A DNA stretch of 64,000 nt from Solirubrobacteraceae bacterium (GTDB lineage Bacteria; Actinomycetota; Thermoleophilia; Solirubrobacterales; Solirubrobacteraceae), in contig JBEKXJ010000024.1 of assembly GCA_049512215.1 (NCBI GenBank), positions 10,417-74,416 on the forward strand, read 5' to 3'. The translations under genes were made by a program, and so were the position numbers. The notes under the pieces were generated by a model. That model was given only the letters and a program-made list of their open reading frames with translations, searched no databases and was not told where the DNA came from. Position 1 is the first letter of the stretch. Each line of letters starts with the position of its first letter. This document shows positions 16,773 to 27,089 of this stretch, piece by piece.

Positions 16773-18866
16773 CTAGGCGATGTCGCGAGCCGGGGCTTTG
16801 CTTGCCGCGGCCTCGACCACCGGAGCGCCGGACGGCCCTTGCTCTCCGCCCGGAGCCTCGCCGGCCTGGATCTCCCGCAGGTCGCGGCGCAGCTCGCGCA
16901 GCTCATCGCGCAGTTGTGCGGCGTACTCGAAACGCAACTCCTCTGCGGCGGCGATCATCTCCTCCTCCAGCTCGACCACCATGCGCTCGAGCTCGTGCTT
17001 GGGCATCTCGTTGACCGAGCTCCGCCTGCCCGTGCGCCGTTTGCGGCCCCGTGGGAGCTTGGACTCCGCCTGCAGGAACTCGGCGATGTCGGAGATGCCC
17101 TTGACGATCGTCGCGGCGGTGATCCCGTGCTGCTCGTTGTAGGCGAGCTGGATCTCGCGGCGGCGGTCGGTCTCTGAGATCGCCGCCTGCATCGCCCGCG
17201 TCTGTTTGTCGGCGTACATGAGCACCGTGCCGTTGATGTTGCGCGCGGCGCGCCCGATCGTCTGAATCAGCGAGGTCTCCCCGCGCAGGAAGCCCTCCTT
17301 GTCGGCATCGAGGATCGCCACGAGCGTGACCTCCGGCAGATCCAGACCCTCGCGCAGGAGGTTGACACCCACTAGCACGTCGTACTCCCCGAGACGCAGG
17401 TCGCGGATGATCTGGATGCGTTCAAGCGTGTCGATCTCCGAGTGCAGGTAGCGCGTCTTAAACCCCATCTCGAGGAGATACTGCGAGAGGTCCTCGCTCA
17501 TCTTCTTGGTCAGCGTCGTCACGAGGATGCGCTCATCGCGATCAACGCGGGCGCGGACCTCGTTCATGAGGTCGTCTATCTGGTTGCGCGTCTCGCGCAC
17601 CTCGACGACGGGGTCGACGATCCCCGTCGGGCGGACGATCTGCTCGACGATGCGCGTCGAGCGAGTCCTCTCGAACTCGCCGGGCGTCGCCGAGACGAAC
17701 ATCAGCTGGGGGGTGATCGACAAGAACTCCTCGAATGTCTGGGGCCTGTTGTCCAGCGCGCTCGGCAGGCGGAAGCCATAGTCCACCAGTGTCTGCTTGC
17801 GCGATCTGTCCCCCACGTGCATGCCGCCGATCTGGGGCACGGTCTGGTGGGACTCGTCGATGAAGCAGATGAAATCCTTCGGGAAGTAGTCGATCAGGCA
17901 GTACGGCCGCGCGCCCGGCAGGCGACCGTCGAGGATGCGCGAGTAGTTCTCGATGCCCGAGCAGAAGCCCATCTCGCGCAGCATCTCCATGTCGTACTGG
18001 GTGCGCTGGCGCAGGCGGTGGGACTCCAGCTGCTTTCCCTCCGACTCGAGCTGCTCGCAGCGCTCGTTGAGCTCCCGTCCGATCTCCGCGACGGCAGCCT
18101 CGATCGTTCCCTCCCTGACGTTGTAGTGCGTCGCCGGCCAGATCGCCACGTGCTCGAGGTCGTCGGCTATCAGCTCGCCCGTGAGCGGGTCGAAGTGCTG
18201 CAGGCGTTCGACTTCGTCGCCGAACATCGTCGCCCGGAAGGCTGTCTCAGCATAGGCGGGGAACACCTCGAGCGTCTCTCCGCGCACGCGAAAGGTCCCG
18301 CGCGAGAGGACGGTGTCGTTGCGCGTGTACTGGATCGAGACGAGTTTCCGCAGCAGCCTGTCGCGGTCGATCTCCTCTCCCCGCCGGAGGATCTGCATGT
18401 TCATCTCGTAGGTCTCCGGCGAGCCGAGCCCGTAGATGCACGAAACGGAGGCGACGACGATGACATCCCTACGGGCGAACACGGCGGCCGTCGCTGCGTG
18501 ACGCAGGCGGTCGACCTCCTGGTTTATGGCCGAGTCCTTCTCGATGTAGAGGTCCCTGCTCGGAACGTAGGCCTCCGGCTGGTAGTAGTCGTAGTAGGAG
18601 ACGAAGTACTCGACCGCGTTGTCGGGAAAGAACGTGCGGAACTCATTGCAGAGCTGGGCCGCGAGCGTCTTGTTGTGCGCCATCACGAGCGTCGGACGCT
18701 GCACCGCCTCGATCACGCCAGCCATCGTCATCGTCTTGCCGGTACCGGTCGCGCCGAGCAGCGTCTGGAAGCGCTCTCCCCGCTCGATGCCCTCGGCGAG
18801 GGCCTCGATTGCCTTTGGCTGATCAGCTGCCGGCGTGAAGATGGAGTCGAGCTTGAATTGGGGCAT
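16773..18866 (-). CDS. uvrB: excinuclease ABC subunit B
   Basis: [17 protein letters not shown] start, [12 protein letters not shown] and QTIGRAARN helicase motifs. C-terminal UVR domain ([15 protein letters not shown]). Confidence 0.95.
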   Translation of the reverse strand: MPQFKLDSIFTPAADQPKAIEALAEGIERGERFQTLLGATGTGKTMTMAGVIEAVQRPTLVMAHNKTLAAQLCNEFRTFFPDNAVEYFVSYYDYYQPEAYVPSRDLYIEKDSAINQEVDRLRHAATAAVFARRDVIVVASVSCIYGLGSPETYEMNMQILRRGEEIDRDRLLRKLVSIQYTRNDTVLSRGTFRVRGETLEVFPAYAETAFRATMFGDEVERLQHFDPLTGELIADDLEHVAIWPATHYNVREGTIEAAVAEIGRELNERCEQLESEGKQLESHRLRQRTQYDMEMLREMGFCSGIENYSRILDGRLPGARPYCLIDYFPKDFICFIDESHQTVPQIGGMHVGDRSRKQTLVDYGFRLPSALDNRPQTFEEFLSITPQLMFVSATPGEFERTRSTRIVEQIVRPTGIVDPVVEVRETRNQIDDLMNEVRARVDRDERILVTTLTKKMSEDLSQYLLEMGFKTRYLHSEIDTLERIQIIRDLRLGEYDVLVGVNLLREGLDLPEVTLVAILDADKEGFLRGETSLIQTIGRAARNINGTVLMYADKQTRAMQAAISETDRRREIQLAYNEQHGITAATIVKGISDIAEFLQAESKLPRGRKRRTGRRSSVNEMPKHELERMVVELEEEMIAAAEELRFEYAAQLRDELRELRRDLREIQAGEAPGGEQGPSGAPVVEAAASKAPARDIA

Positions 18867-18900
18867 CGTCCACTTACCGTAGCGAGCCCCCGGTCGCTTG

Positions 18901-19476
18901 CTAGCGCAGGCCGAGCTCGTAGGGGTACGTCGCACGGTAGGCCGTCTGGGCGGCGAGCACGCGGCGCACGTAGTCGCGGGTTTCTCCGAACGGGATCGCT
19001 TCCACGGTGAGCTCGCGTCCCCCCGCTCGCGCCTGTTCGACCCAGTTATCCACGTTCGCGATGCCGCCGTTGTAGGCGGCCACGGTGAGCATCTCGTTGC
19101 CGTCGTAGTGATTGAGCAGGTACCTCAGGTAGTAGCTGCCGTAGGCGAGGTTGACGCGCGGCGTCGCCAGATCGCCTGCCGTGAACCTGCTTCCCCCGGA
19201 GAGGCGCGCCAGGTAGTAGGCGGTTGCCGGAAGGATCTGCATGAGCCCCTGAGCCCCGGCGGAGGAGGGGCGCGGTTCGAACTTGGTCTCGGCGTAGATG
19301 ACCGCCGCGATCAGCGCAGGATCAAGGTGCTTTTCGGCCGCCTGTTCTCGGATGATGGCGGCGTCGCTCAGCGGCAGGCGGTTGCGCACGGCATGCTCGA
19401 GCTCTGAGAAAACGAGCCCAACCGAGAGCGCGGCGAGTGCGATTGCCGCGATCGTCGCGAGCTTGTGCGGGCTCAT
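18901..19476 (-). CDS. membrane-anchored lytic transglycosylase (SLT domain)
   Basis: N-terminal TM segment. AVIYAETKF (catalytic Glu), GLMQI and AAYNGG motifs. Confidence 0.85.
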   Translation of the reverse strand: MSPHKLATIAAIALAALSVGLVFSELEHAVRNRLPLSDAAIIREQAAEKHLDPALIAAVIYAETKFEPRPSSAGAQGLMQILPATAYYLARLSGGSRFTAGDLATPRVNLAYGSYYLRYLLNHYDGNEMLTVAAYNGGIANVDNWVEQARAGGRELTVEAIPFGETRDYVRRVLAAQTAYRATYPYELGLR

Positions 19477-19541
19477 CTCGCAAGCTTCTCAAGCACGAAT
19501 GACAGCCTCATCTGTTTGGCTCTTGAGCATCAACGACGCCC

Positions 19542-20045
19542 TCATCTACCGAGCCTTCCGAGCACCAGCGAGAGCTCCCGCTCGAGATCCTCCTCCGTCC
19601 CGTCGTTTCGTACAACGAAGGTCGCCCGTTTCGCCTTCTCCTGCTGGGAGAGCTGGCGCGCCGCCCGCTCCTCTGCGAGGGCGTGCCCGCGGCCGGCCGC
19701 CCTGTGAGCGCGCACGCGCTCATCGCCGATCACGGCGATCGTTGCGTCGTAGAGGTTCTCCAGGCCGGCCTCGGGCCACAGCAGGCCCTCGAGCCAGGAG
19801 CGGTCCTCGTCTCGCGCGAACGCGTGCTCGGCGACAGCGGCGCGGTCCACGACACCGCCCGGCGCGACCTCCGGGCCCCAACGGGCCACCAGAGCCGCCC
19901 GGAGTTGCTCGCCCTCATAGAGCTCATGCACGACCGCATCGCTCGAGAGGACCGCGGCGCCCAGACGCTCGAGCGCGGCCAGGGCCGTCGACTTTCCCGA
20001 GCCCATGCCCCCCGTCAGCCCGATGAAGGGCACAGCCGGCTCCAC
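19542..20045 (-). CDS. coaE: dephospho-CoA kinase, unusually short (167 aa)
   Basis: GLTGGMGSGKST P-loop. Conserved position downstream of rpsA. Appears to lack about 25 aa between LLWP and EAGLE relative to canonical CoaE (see findings). Confidence 0.8.
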   Translation of the reverse strand: MEPAVPFIGLTGGMGSGKSTALAALERLGAAVLSSDAVVHELYEGEQLRAALVARWGPEVAPGGVVDRAAVAEHAFARDEDRSWLEGLLWPEAGLENLYDATIAVIGDERVRAHRAAGRGHALAEERAARQLSQQEKAKRATFVVRNDGTEEDLERELSLVLGRLGR

Positions 20046-20069
20046 CCGCTCCGCGTCGCTCAGACGGCG

Positions 20070-21605
20070 TTACTCCTGCGAAGGCTCGGCGGCCGTCGCC
20101 TCGTCCTCGAGCGCGGGTGCCCCCTCGGTGCTCGCGGGCTCGTCCGGCTCGCCCGCGTGCGGGGTCTCGGGCGCGAGCGCGGCCGGCGCGAGCGCGGCCG
20201 GCGCGAGCGCGGCCGGCGCGGCCTCGGGGGCGAGCGGGGCCTCGGCGGACTCGACGGTCGCGGTGACGGTCGCCGCCTCTGGGAACTCGGGAGTCGCGGA
20301 AGCATCGGCGGCGTCGGCGCTCGCTGAGTCCTGCCGTTCGCCGTCGGCCGTGGCGGGGGCCTGCGCTGCTACGTGCTCGGGCGTGGCTGCATCCTGATAT
20401 GCGGCCCCAGCCTCGGGTGCCAGCGCGTTCTCCGCCGCGGGTGCATCCTCGGCGCGGGGCTCATGCTCCGCCTCGCCGGGGCGGGAGACGGGCAGGATCT
20501 GGTCCTCCACGCGCTTGGCCGAGAGAGACAGTCGCCTGCGCTCGGAGTCGATCTCGAGGATTCTCACGCGGATCTCATCGCCCGGATGGACGATCTCGCG
20601 GGGATTCTCCACGTGATGGGGAGCGAGCTCTGAGATGTGCACGAGACCCTCGACCCCGTCGAGGATCTCGACGAAGGCGCCGAAGGTGACGACCTTCGTG
20701 ACCTTGCCCGCGAGCTCGTCGTTCACGTTGTAGGTGTCGACGATCCGCTGCCAGGGATCCTCCTGGGTCTGCTTGAGCCCGAGGGAGATGCGCTGGCGCT
20801 CGCGGTCTATGTCCAGCACCTTGACCTTGACCGTGTCGCCGATCGCGAGGATCTCGCTCGGGTGGTTGACATGCGACCACGAGAGCTCAGAGATGTGGAT
20901 GAGGCCGTCGATGCCGTCGAGGTCGACGAAAGCGCCGAAGTCGACGATGTTGGAGATCTGCCCCTCGACCACCAGCCCCGGCTGGAGGCGATCGAGGATC
21001 TGCTGGCGAACCTCCTTGCGCTCCTCCTCGAGGACCGCGCGGCGGGAGAGGACCACGTTGTTGCGCGAGCGGTTGAGCTCGATCACCTTCGTCTCGATCT
21101 TCGTACCCATGTACTCGTCGAGGTTGGGCACGCGCCGGATGTCCACAAGGGAGGCAGGCAGGAAGCCGCGCACACCGAGATCGATGATCAGCCCGCCCTT
21201 GACCACCTCGATGACCGACCCCTCGACCGGCTCGCCCGACTCCGCGGCCGTTTCGATGCGCCGCCACGCCTTCTCGAAGCGCGCACGCTTCTTGGACATG
21301 ATCAGCCGGCCGTCCTGATCCTCCTTCGTGAGGACGATCGCGTCGACCTCCTCGCCGAGGTGGACCTCCTCGCTCGGATCAACCGACTTGCGGATCGAGA
21401 GCTCGTTCGCGGGGATGACGCCCTCGGACTTGTAGCCGATGTCTACGAGGACCTCGTCCTTGTCGATCCGCACGACGTGGCCGGTGACGACCTCGCCCTC
21501 CTCGATCGTCCGGAAGGTGGCGTCGTAGTTGGGGACGATCTGCCCGTCGATCTCGAGCAGCAGCCCGTTCGACCCCTCCACCACGCTGGCTTGAGGATTA
21601 TCCAT
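20070..21605 (-). CDS. rpsA: 30S ribosomal protein S1
   Basis: Internal ATG (MDNPQASVVEG...). Four S1 OB-fold repeats (GEVVTGHVVRIDKDEVLVDIG, GSVIEVVKGGLIIDLG, GQISNIVDFGAFVDL, GKVTKVVTFGAFVEI). Acidic/Ala-rich tail containing (AALAP)3 from a 15-bp x3 repeat at 20170-20214. Confidence 0.93.
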   Translation of the reverse strand: MDNPQASVVEGSNGLLLEIDGQIVPNYDATFRTIEEGEVVTGHVVRIDKDEVLVDIGYKSEGVIPANELSIRKSVDPSEEVHLGEEVDAIVLTKEDQDGRLIMSKKRARFEKAWRRIETAAESGEPVEGSVIEVVKGGLIIDLGVRGFLPASLVDIRRVPNLDEYMGTKIETKVIELNRSRNNVVLSRRAVLEEERKEVRQQILDRLQPGLVVEGQISNIVDFGAFVDLDGIDGLIHISELSWSHVNHPSEILAIGDTVKVKVLDIDRERQRISLGLKQTQEDPWQRIVDTYNVNDELAGKVTKVVTFGAFVEILDGVEGLVHISELAPHHVENPREIVHPGDEIRVRILEIDSERRRLSLSAKRVEDQILPVSRPGEAEHEPRAEDAPAAENALAPEAGAAYQDAATPEHVAAQAPATADGERQDSASADAADASATPEFPEAATVTATVESAEAPLAPEAAPAALAPAALAPAALAPETPHAGEPDEPASTEGAPALEDEATAAEPSQE

Positions 21606-21654
21606 CAGTGTTTGCACCGGCGAAGGGTAGCGCAGGCGTATCATTGCCGGCCAC

Positions 21655-22872
21655 ATGCCTGTGCGAGCGACGAAGCGCGGGGACCAGCGTACACGCGTGG
21701 ATCGCGACTGCGACGCTCTCGTATGCGGTGCAAGCTTCGCCGGCCTGGCGGTCGCGCGCGAGCTGGCCGGCTCGGGCGCGCGGGTGCTGGTGATCGACCG
21801 CTACGAGCTGGGCGAGCGCCAGACGTCGGCCTGCGCGATGCCGACCGTTTGGCTCGAGGCCATGGATCTGGAGGGCTCGCTGCGCCAGAGCTTCGACGAG
21901 TTGGTCGTACATACGCCGTTTCGCACCTCATGCTGGCAGCTGCCCTGGTCCTTCTCGACGTTCGACTACGCCGAGCTGTGTGCGCTGCTCTGGCAGCAGG
22001 CCGCCTCACCCGAGCCGGACTTCGAGACGGCTACGGTCACGGGCCGGGAGGGGTTCACCGTCCACACCGACCGCGGCGATCTGAGGGCCCCTCTGATCGT
22101 CGACGCGCTTGGCTGGCGGCGGGTGCTCTCGAACGGGCCGACTATCCAGCCGCCGAACGCCCGCCTCTCGCGCGGTCTCGAGGTGCACCCCGAGGGGCGC
22201 GGTGAGGAGATGGAGCTCTGGATAGACAACCGCTATGTCCGCGCCGGCTATTCCTGGAGCTTTCCCGCTCGCGAGGAGCTGCGTGTCGGTGTCGGCTCCT
22301 TCTGGCCCGCCCTGCATATCAAGGAGCCCACTGTCAGGCTCGCGCACGACCTCGGCCTGCCCGCCCGCGGCTACCAGGGAAACTGGATCCCACATCAGCT
22401 GCGCTCGGCGGTCGAGGACGGGGTCTTCTTTGTGGGGGATTCGGCCGGCCACTGTCTCCCGCTGACAGCGGAGGGCATCCGCACCGCCCTCTATTTCGGT
22501 CTGGCCTGCGGGCGCGAGCTGCGCGCCGTGCTCGAGGGGCGGCGCACGCGCGAGCATGCGCTGCGCCGCTACGGCGCCTTCTCGGACTCCCACGCGCGCC
22601 AGTACCGCTGGCTGCTGAGGGCCCAGCAGGCGGTCGGTCGCATGACCCCAAGTCGCGCGCTCAGCGCAGTCGTCGGCGCGATGGAGCACGGACGCCTCGC
22701 CGGCTTCATCTTCGAGCACTACCTCGATATCGCCCCGCCCTCGTTCGTGGGCGCCGGGCCGGGAGATTCCTCGAGCGCCGCCGCCAGCCGACGAATTCCC
22801 TCCTCGATTCGCAGGCTCGGCGAGGTTGGTCTAGCCCAGCCGGGCACAGGCCGTCTGGACGGGTCTGCGTGA
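21655..22872 (+). CDS. FAD-dependent oxidoreductase, geranylgeranyl-reductase-like family
   Basis: FAD dinucleotide fold DALVCGASFAGLAVARELAGSGARVLVIDR. FVGDSAGHCLPLTAEGI, typical of the GGR/FixC group. Confidence 0.7.
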   Translation: MPVRATKRGDQRTRVDRDCDALVCGASFAGLAVARELAGSGARVLVIDRYELGERQTSACAMPTVWLEAMDLEGSLRQSFDELVVHTPFRTSCWQLPWSFSTFDYAELCALLWQQAASPEPDFETATVTGREGFTVHTDRGDLRAPLIVDALGWRRVLSNGPTIQPPNARLSRGLEVHPEGRGEEMELWIDNRYVRAGYSWSFPAREELRVGVGSFWPALHIKEPTVRLAHDLGLPARGYQGNWIPHQLRSAVEDGVFFVGDSAGHCLPLTAEGIRTALYFGLACGRELRAVLEGRRTREHALRRYGAFSDSHARQYRWLLRAQQAVGRMTPSRALSAVVGAMEHGRLAGFIFEHYLDIAPPSFVGAGPGDSSSAAASRRIPSSIRRLGEVGLAQPGTGRLDGSA

Positions 22873-22906
22873 TGCCCGAGGGCCCACCCAAGCCGCTCAC
22901 GACGGC

Positions 22907-23839
22907 ATGAGAGTCTTCCTGGCCGGTGCCACCGGTGTGATCGGCCGGCGGCTCGTGCCGATGCTGGTGGCTGAGGGCCATGAGGTCACGGGCATGACCA
23001 GATCGCCCGAGAAGGCCGACGCGCTTAAGGCGATGGGCGCCGAGCCGGTCGTCGCCGACGCGCTCGCCGCCGAGGCGGTGCTTGCGGCGATGCTCGAGGC
23101 CCGCCCCGATGCCGTCGTCCATGAGCTCACCTCGCTCCCACCCAGGCTCGTTCCCCGCAGGATCGGGCGGGACCTCGCGGCCACCGACCGGCTGCGTAGC
23201 GAGGGCACGCGACATCTGCTCGCGGCCGCTCAGGCGGCCGGGGTCAAGCGGGTACTCGCGCAAGGCGTCGCCTTCACATACGCGCCGGGGCCCACCGGTA
23301 CCGTCCACGGCGAGGATGATCCGCTGAACGTGGACCACGCCGGACCGTTCAAGCGCTCGGCCCTAGCCTTGGCCGAGCTCGAGCGCACGGTTCGCGCCGC
23401 CGGTGGGCTGGTCCTGCGCTACGGCTACTTCTACGGCCCTCACAGCTCGATCTCGTCGACTGGCTCGATCGGCCGCGACGTCCTGCGACGTCGCCTTCCG
23501 ATCATCGGCAAGGGACACGGCGTGTGGTCGTTCATCCAAATCGAGGACGCCGCGCGCGCTACCGTCGCTGCCCTCGCCCGCGGTGCCACGGGCGCCTATA
23601 ACGTCGTCGACGACGAGCCCGCGCCCGTATCTGAATGGCTGCCGGAACTCGCCGCAGCGCTCGGAGCGCCAAGCCCCTACCGGGTGTCCGCGTTCATCGC
23701 ACGGCCGCTGGCGGGCGCCTACGGAATCGCGACGATGACCCGAGCGCAGGGCGCTTGCAACGAGCGCGCCAAGATGGTGCTCGGCTGGGCGCCAAAGTAC
23801 CCAAGCTGGCGAGAGGGTTTTCGCGAAGCCCTCGGATGA
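22907..23839 (+). CDS. NAD-dependent epimerase/dehydratase family (atypical SDR) protein
   Basis: MRVFLAGATGVIGRRLV Rossmann start. About 310 aa, with an atypical-SDR layout. Confidence 0.75.
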   Translation: MRVFLAGATGVIGRRLVPMLVAEGHEVTGMTRSPEKADALKAMGAEPVVADALAAEAVLAAMLEARPDAVVHELTSLPPRLVPRRIGRDLAATDRLRSEGTRHLLAAAQAAGVKRVLAQGVAFTYAPGPTGTVHGEDDPLNVDHAGPFKRSALALAELERTVRAAGGLVLRYGYFYGPHSSISSTGSIGRDVLRRRLPIIGKGHGVWSFIQIEDAARATVAALARGATGAYNVVDDEPAPVSEWLPELAAALGAPSPYRVSAFIARPLAGAYGIATMTRAQGACNERAKMVLGWAPKYPSWREGFREALG

Positions 23840-23840
23840 G

Positions 23841-24284
23841 CTACTTGCGTACGACCAACACCACCCCGGCGACGAGCAGCGCGAGGCCCGCAACGCGGTG
23901 CATGCCCACCGGCTGACGCGCCACCCCGAGCAGGCCGAAGCGGTCTATCGCCACCGATATTGCCAGCTGACCGGTGATGACGACGGCGGTCAAGCCGCTC
24001 GCGCCCAGTGTTCGCACAGCGATGAGGGCCACCGTCACGTAGACGGCCCCGAGCAGCCCGCCGACGAGCGCCCACCAGGGCGCGCGACCGGCGTGGGCGA
24101 GGTTTCCCAGTCCGCCGTTCACGACAGCAGCGATCAACAGCAAGACGACGGTGCCGGCCAGAAACGAGAAGCCGGCCGCCTGCACGCTTCCGACGGCTTT
24201 GCCCAGACGCGAGTTGATCGGCGCCTGCATCCCAACCAGCGCGCCGGCGCCCACCCCCACGAGCACCGCGAGCCCGCGGCTCAT
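23841..24284 (-). CDS. DMT-superfamily small membrane transporter (DUF606 / YdcZ-like)
   Basis: Internal ATG (MSRGLAVLVGVGAG...). Five hydrophobic segments. INSRLG motif as in YdcZ-type proteins (from memory). Confidence 0.65.
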   Translation of the reverse strand: MSRGLAVLVGVGAGALVGMQAPINSRLGKAVGSVQAAGFSFLAGTVVLLLIAAVVNGGLGNLAHAGRAPWWALVGGLLGAVYVTVALIAVRTLGASGLTAVVITGQLAISVAIDRFGLLGVARQPVGMHRVAGLALLVAGVVLVVRK

Positions 24285-24306
24285 GCTGCGTGACCCTCCG
24301 CCTCGC

Positions 24307-26994
24307 TCACTTCGCCTCCAGCCAGTTCTTCCCCACGCCGACGTCAACAGCCATGGGCGGTTCGCGATCCTCCCAGACGCCGCACATCTCCCGCTCGATC
24401 AGATCACGGGCGGCAGGTGTCTCGGTGGGTGGGCCTTCGAAGAGAAGCTCATCGTGGATCGTCAGCAGCAGGCGCGTCTTGAGCGCGGACTCCTCGAGCG
24501 CCCGCCGGCAGCGGACCATCGCGAGCTTGATGATGTCCGCCGCGGTTCCCTGGATCACCGTGTTGACCGCAAGGCGCTCGCCGGACGTGCGTACCTGATA
24601 GTTGCGGGCGCGCAGCTCGGGTATCTGCCTTCGCCTGCCCCACAGGGTCTTTACGTAGCCCTCCTCCCTGGCCTGCTCGATCGTGGCGGCCATGAACGCC
24701 GCCACGCGCGGAAAACGGTCGAGATAGGCATCGATGAACTCCTTGGCCTCCTCGCGCGGGATGTTCAGGCGATCGGCGAGGCCAAAGTCCGAAAGGCCGT
24801 AGACGATGCCGTAGTTGATCATCTTCGCCTTCGAGCGCATGCCGTGGTCGATGTCCTGCGGGGCCACCTCGAAGACCTGCGAGGCGGTCGCCGTGTGCAC
24901 GTCTTCGCCCCGCTTGAAGATCTCCTTCAGCACCGGCTCCTCAGCCGCGTGGGCCAGCACCCTCAGCTCGATCTGGGAGTAGTCGGCAGATATCAGCACG
25001 GCGCCGGGCTCGGCCTCGAAGCAGCCGCGGATCTCCTGCCCGAGCGGGGTGCGGATCGGTACGTTCTGCATGTTCGGGTTGATGCTCGAGAGGCGGCCGG
25101 TCTGCGCCACAGACTGCAGGAAGGTCGTGTGGATCCGCGAGCGCTCGTCGACGAGCTCCGGGAGGACATCGAGGTAGGTCTTGATCAGCGTGCTCAGCTC
25201 GCGCCAGCGCTCTATCTTCGTGATGATCTCGTGCTCGGAGCGGATCGCCTGCAGCACTCGAGCGTCGGTGGAGAAGCCCGTCTTGCCACGGCGCTTTCGC
25301 GGGAGACCGAGCTTCTCGAAGAGGACCTCCCCGAGCTGCTGAGGGGAAGCGATAAGGAATTCCTCGCCGGCGAGGTCGAAGATCTCTCGTTCCAGGCCAG
25401 AGATCTCCGCACGCACCCGCTCGGTGATCTTCGCGAGGCGCTCGAGGTTGAGCCGTACCCCGAGGAGCTCCATCTCGCGCAGGACCGCCACGAGCGGGAG
25501 CTCGATGTACTGCATCACCCCATCGAGGCCCCGCTCTGAGATCTCTTCGCGCTGCCAGTCGGCCAGCGCCCCGAGCAGAAGCGCGTCAGCCGCCACGGTG
25601 TCCTCGATGTCGCTGGCCAGCCCGCGCTCCTCACAGAGCTCGGCGAAGGGATAACCACGCCTGGCCGGGTCCAGAAGGTAGGCGCCGAGCAGCGTGTCGT
25701 GCGACAGCGCTTCGGGCACGAGGCCGAGCGCTTTGGCGTCGTGGACCACGACGGGATGATCCGCGCAGGCCGTGACGATCTCCTCGGGCCCCCCGCAATC
25801 TCCGGCGAGCACCTCCGAGGCGCTCCCCGCCTGCTCGCGCGGGGAACCCTGCTCGTCCTCGTGCAATGGCGCGAGGGCGACGGCGAAACGCCAGGGCGCG
25901 CCCTCGGCGAAGAGGGCGCCCTCCGGCGGTTTCACCGCGCTCACGACCACACGCAGCTCTCCGCTCGGGAGGCGTCCGATGTCCGCCGGGGTGCCCGCGC
26001 GCACAAGCGCGCTGAGCGTGACCTCGGCTGCCGGCGAGGGCGCGGCGAGATCAGCGTCGCCGAGCGCCTCCTCCAGGCGGCGCAATGGATCGCGCAGCTC
26101 GTACTCGCGAAAGAACTCGCGCACCCGCGCGCGATCGGGCTCGCGGACCGCCTCGGCTGCCAAGTCGAAGTCGACCGCCAGATCGCGCTGGACGGTCGCG
26201 AGGCTCTTCGATATGCGCGCGTCATCGGCGTGCTCGAGCAGGTTCTGTTTGCGCTTTGGCCCGCTTATGTAATCGATGTGCGACAGCACGCCCTCGAGCG
26301 AGCCGTAGCTCTGGATCAGCTCGCTCGCGGTCTTGTCGCCGATCCCGGGGACACCGGGGATGTTGTCGGAGGTGTCCCCCTTCAAGCCGTAGAAGTCGGG
26401 GATCAAAGCCGGCGGGATTCCGTAGCGATCAAGCACAGCCTGGTGGTCGTAGATCTTCGTGTCGGTGATCCCGCGGGAAGTGGCCATCACCTTGACGAGC
26501 CCCTGCTGATCGATCAGCTGAAAGACGTCGCGGTCGCCGGTCACGATCATCACCGGCACGGGCGGGTCGGCCGCCAGCGCTCGAGCGGTGAGCGAGGCGA
26601 TGACGTCGTCGGCCTCATAGCCCTCGATCCGCACGTTGCGATAGCCGAAGGCCTCCACCAGCGGTTCCATCGCCGGCCACTGCTGCTTGAGCAGGTCCGG
26701 TCGCGCGCGGCGCTGGGACTTGTAATCGGCGAACAGCTCAACCCGCCCGGAGGAGCCCGCGTCCCAGGCGACGAGGGTCGGGCACACGCCGTACTCGCTC
26801 ACGATCTTTACGAGCATCGAGGCGAACCCGAAGATCGCGTTCGTCGGCACGCCCGTCGAGGTCGCGATCGACTCGGGCAGCGCATAGAAGGCGCGATAGA
26901 CGAGGCTCGGCCCGTCGATCAGGAACAGGCGTCGGTGCCCATCGCCCGCATCGAGCGAGGATGCGCTCGGGCCCAATGTGCTCTTCACCGCCAT
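24307..26994 (-). CDS. polA: DNA polymerase I
   Basis: 5'-nuclease N-terminus (LFLIDGPSLVYRAFYA). Pol motifs A (LISADYSQIELRVLAH), B (RSKAKMINYGIVYG) and C (LTIHDELLFE). Confidence 0.95.
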   Translation of the reverse strand: MAVKSTLGPSASSLDAGDGHRRLFLIDGPSLVYRAFYALPESIATSTGVPTNAIFGFASMLVKIVSEYGVCPTLVAWDAGSSGRVELFADYKSQRRARPDLLKQQWPAMEPLVEAFGYRNVRIEGYEADDVIASLTARALAADPPVPVMIVTGDRDVFQLIDQQGLVKVMATSRGITDTKIYDHQAVLDRYGIPPALIPDFYGLKGDTSDNIPGVPGIGDKTASELIQSYGSLEGVLSHIDYISGPKRKQNLLEHADDARISKSLATVQRDLAVDFDLAAEAVREPDRARVREFFREYELRDPLRRLEEALGDADLAAPSPAAEVTLSALVRAGTPADIGRLPSGELRVVVSAVKPPEGALFAEGAPWRFAVALAPLHEDEQGSPREQAGSASEVLAGDCGGPEEIVTACADHPVVVHDAKALGLVPEALSHDTLLGAYLLDPARRGYPFAELCEERGLASDIEDTVAADALLLGALADWQREEISERGLDGVMQYIELPLVAVLREMELLGVRLNLERLAKITERVRAEISGLEREIFDLAGEEFLIASPQQLGEVLFEKLGLPRKRRGKTGFSTDARVLQAIRSEHEIITKIERWRELSTLIKTYLDVLPELVDERSRIHTTFLQSVAQTGRLSSINPNMQNVPIRTPLGQEIRGCFEAEPGAVLISADYSQIELRVLAHAAEEPVLKEIFKRGEDVHTATASQVFEVAPQDIDHGMRSKAKMINYGIVYGLSDFGLADRLNIPREEAKEFIDAYLDRFPRVAAFMAATIEQAREEGYVKTLWGRRRQIPELRARNYQVRTSGERLAVNTVIQGTAADIIKLAMVRCRRALEESALKTRLLLTIHDELLFEGPPTETPAARDLIEREMCGVWEDREPPMAVDVGVGKNWLEAK

Positions 26995-27089
26995 CGATCG
27001 ATCACTCTACGAGGACATCCCCGACAGCGACGGCTTGAATCGCTCGACAGGGGCATAGGGCCTTTGCTCGAACGGGCCCCTAAGATCCC

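Noticed and set aside
17442-19010. 522-aa plus-strand ORF antisense to uvrB, and similarly 20637..22205 (+) antisense to rpsA, 24151..25539 and 25699..27123 (+) antisense to polA, 26985..28022 (-) antisense to the malic enzyme gene, and 41726..43381 (+) antisense to the ECF genes
   Set aside because: These are typical high-GC shadow ORFs. Their composition is Arg/Asp/Leu/Gly-rich with no motifs, and each lies entirely opposite a gene with unambiguous family signatures.
19477-19541. Inverted repeat CTCAAG ... CTTGAG between coaE and the SLT gene as a possible HspR (HAIR) operator or terminator
   Set aside because: The arms are only 6 bp and about 30 nt apart. The arrangement differs from CTTGAGT-N7-ACTCAAG, and no U-tract follows.
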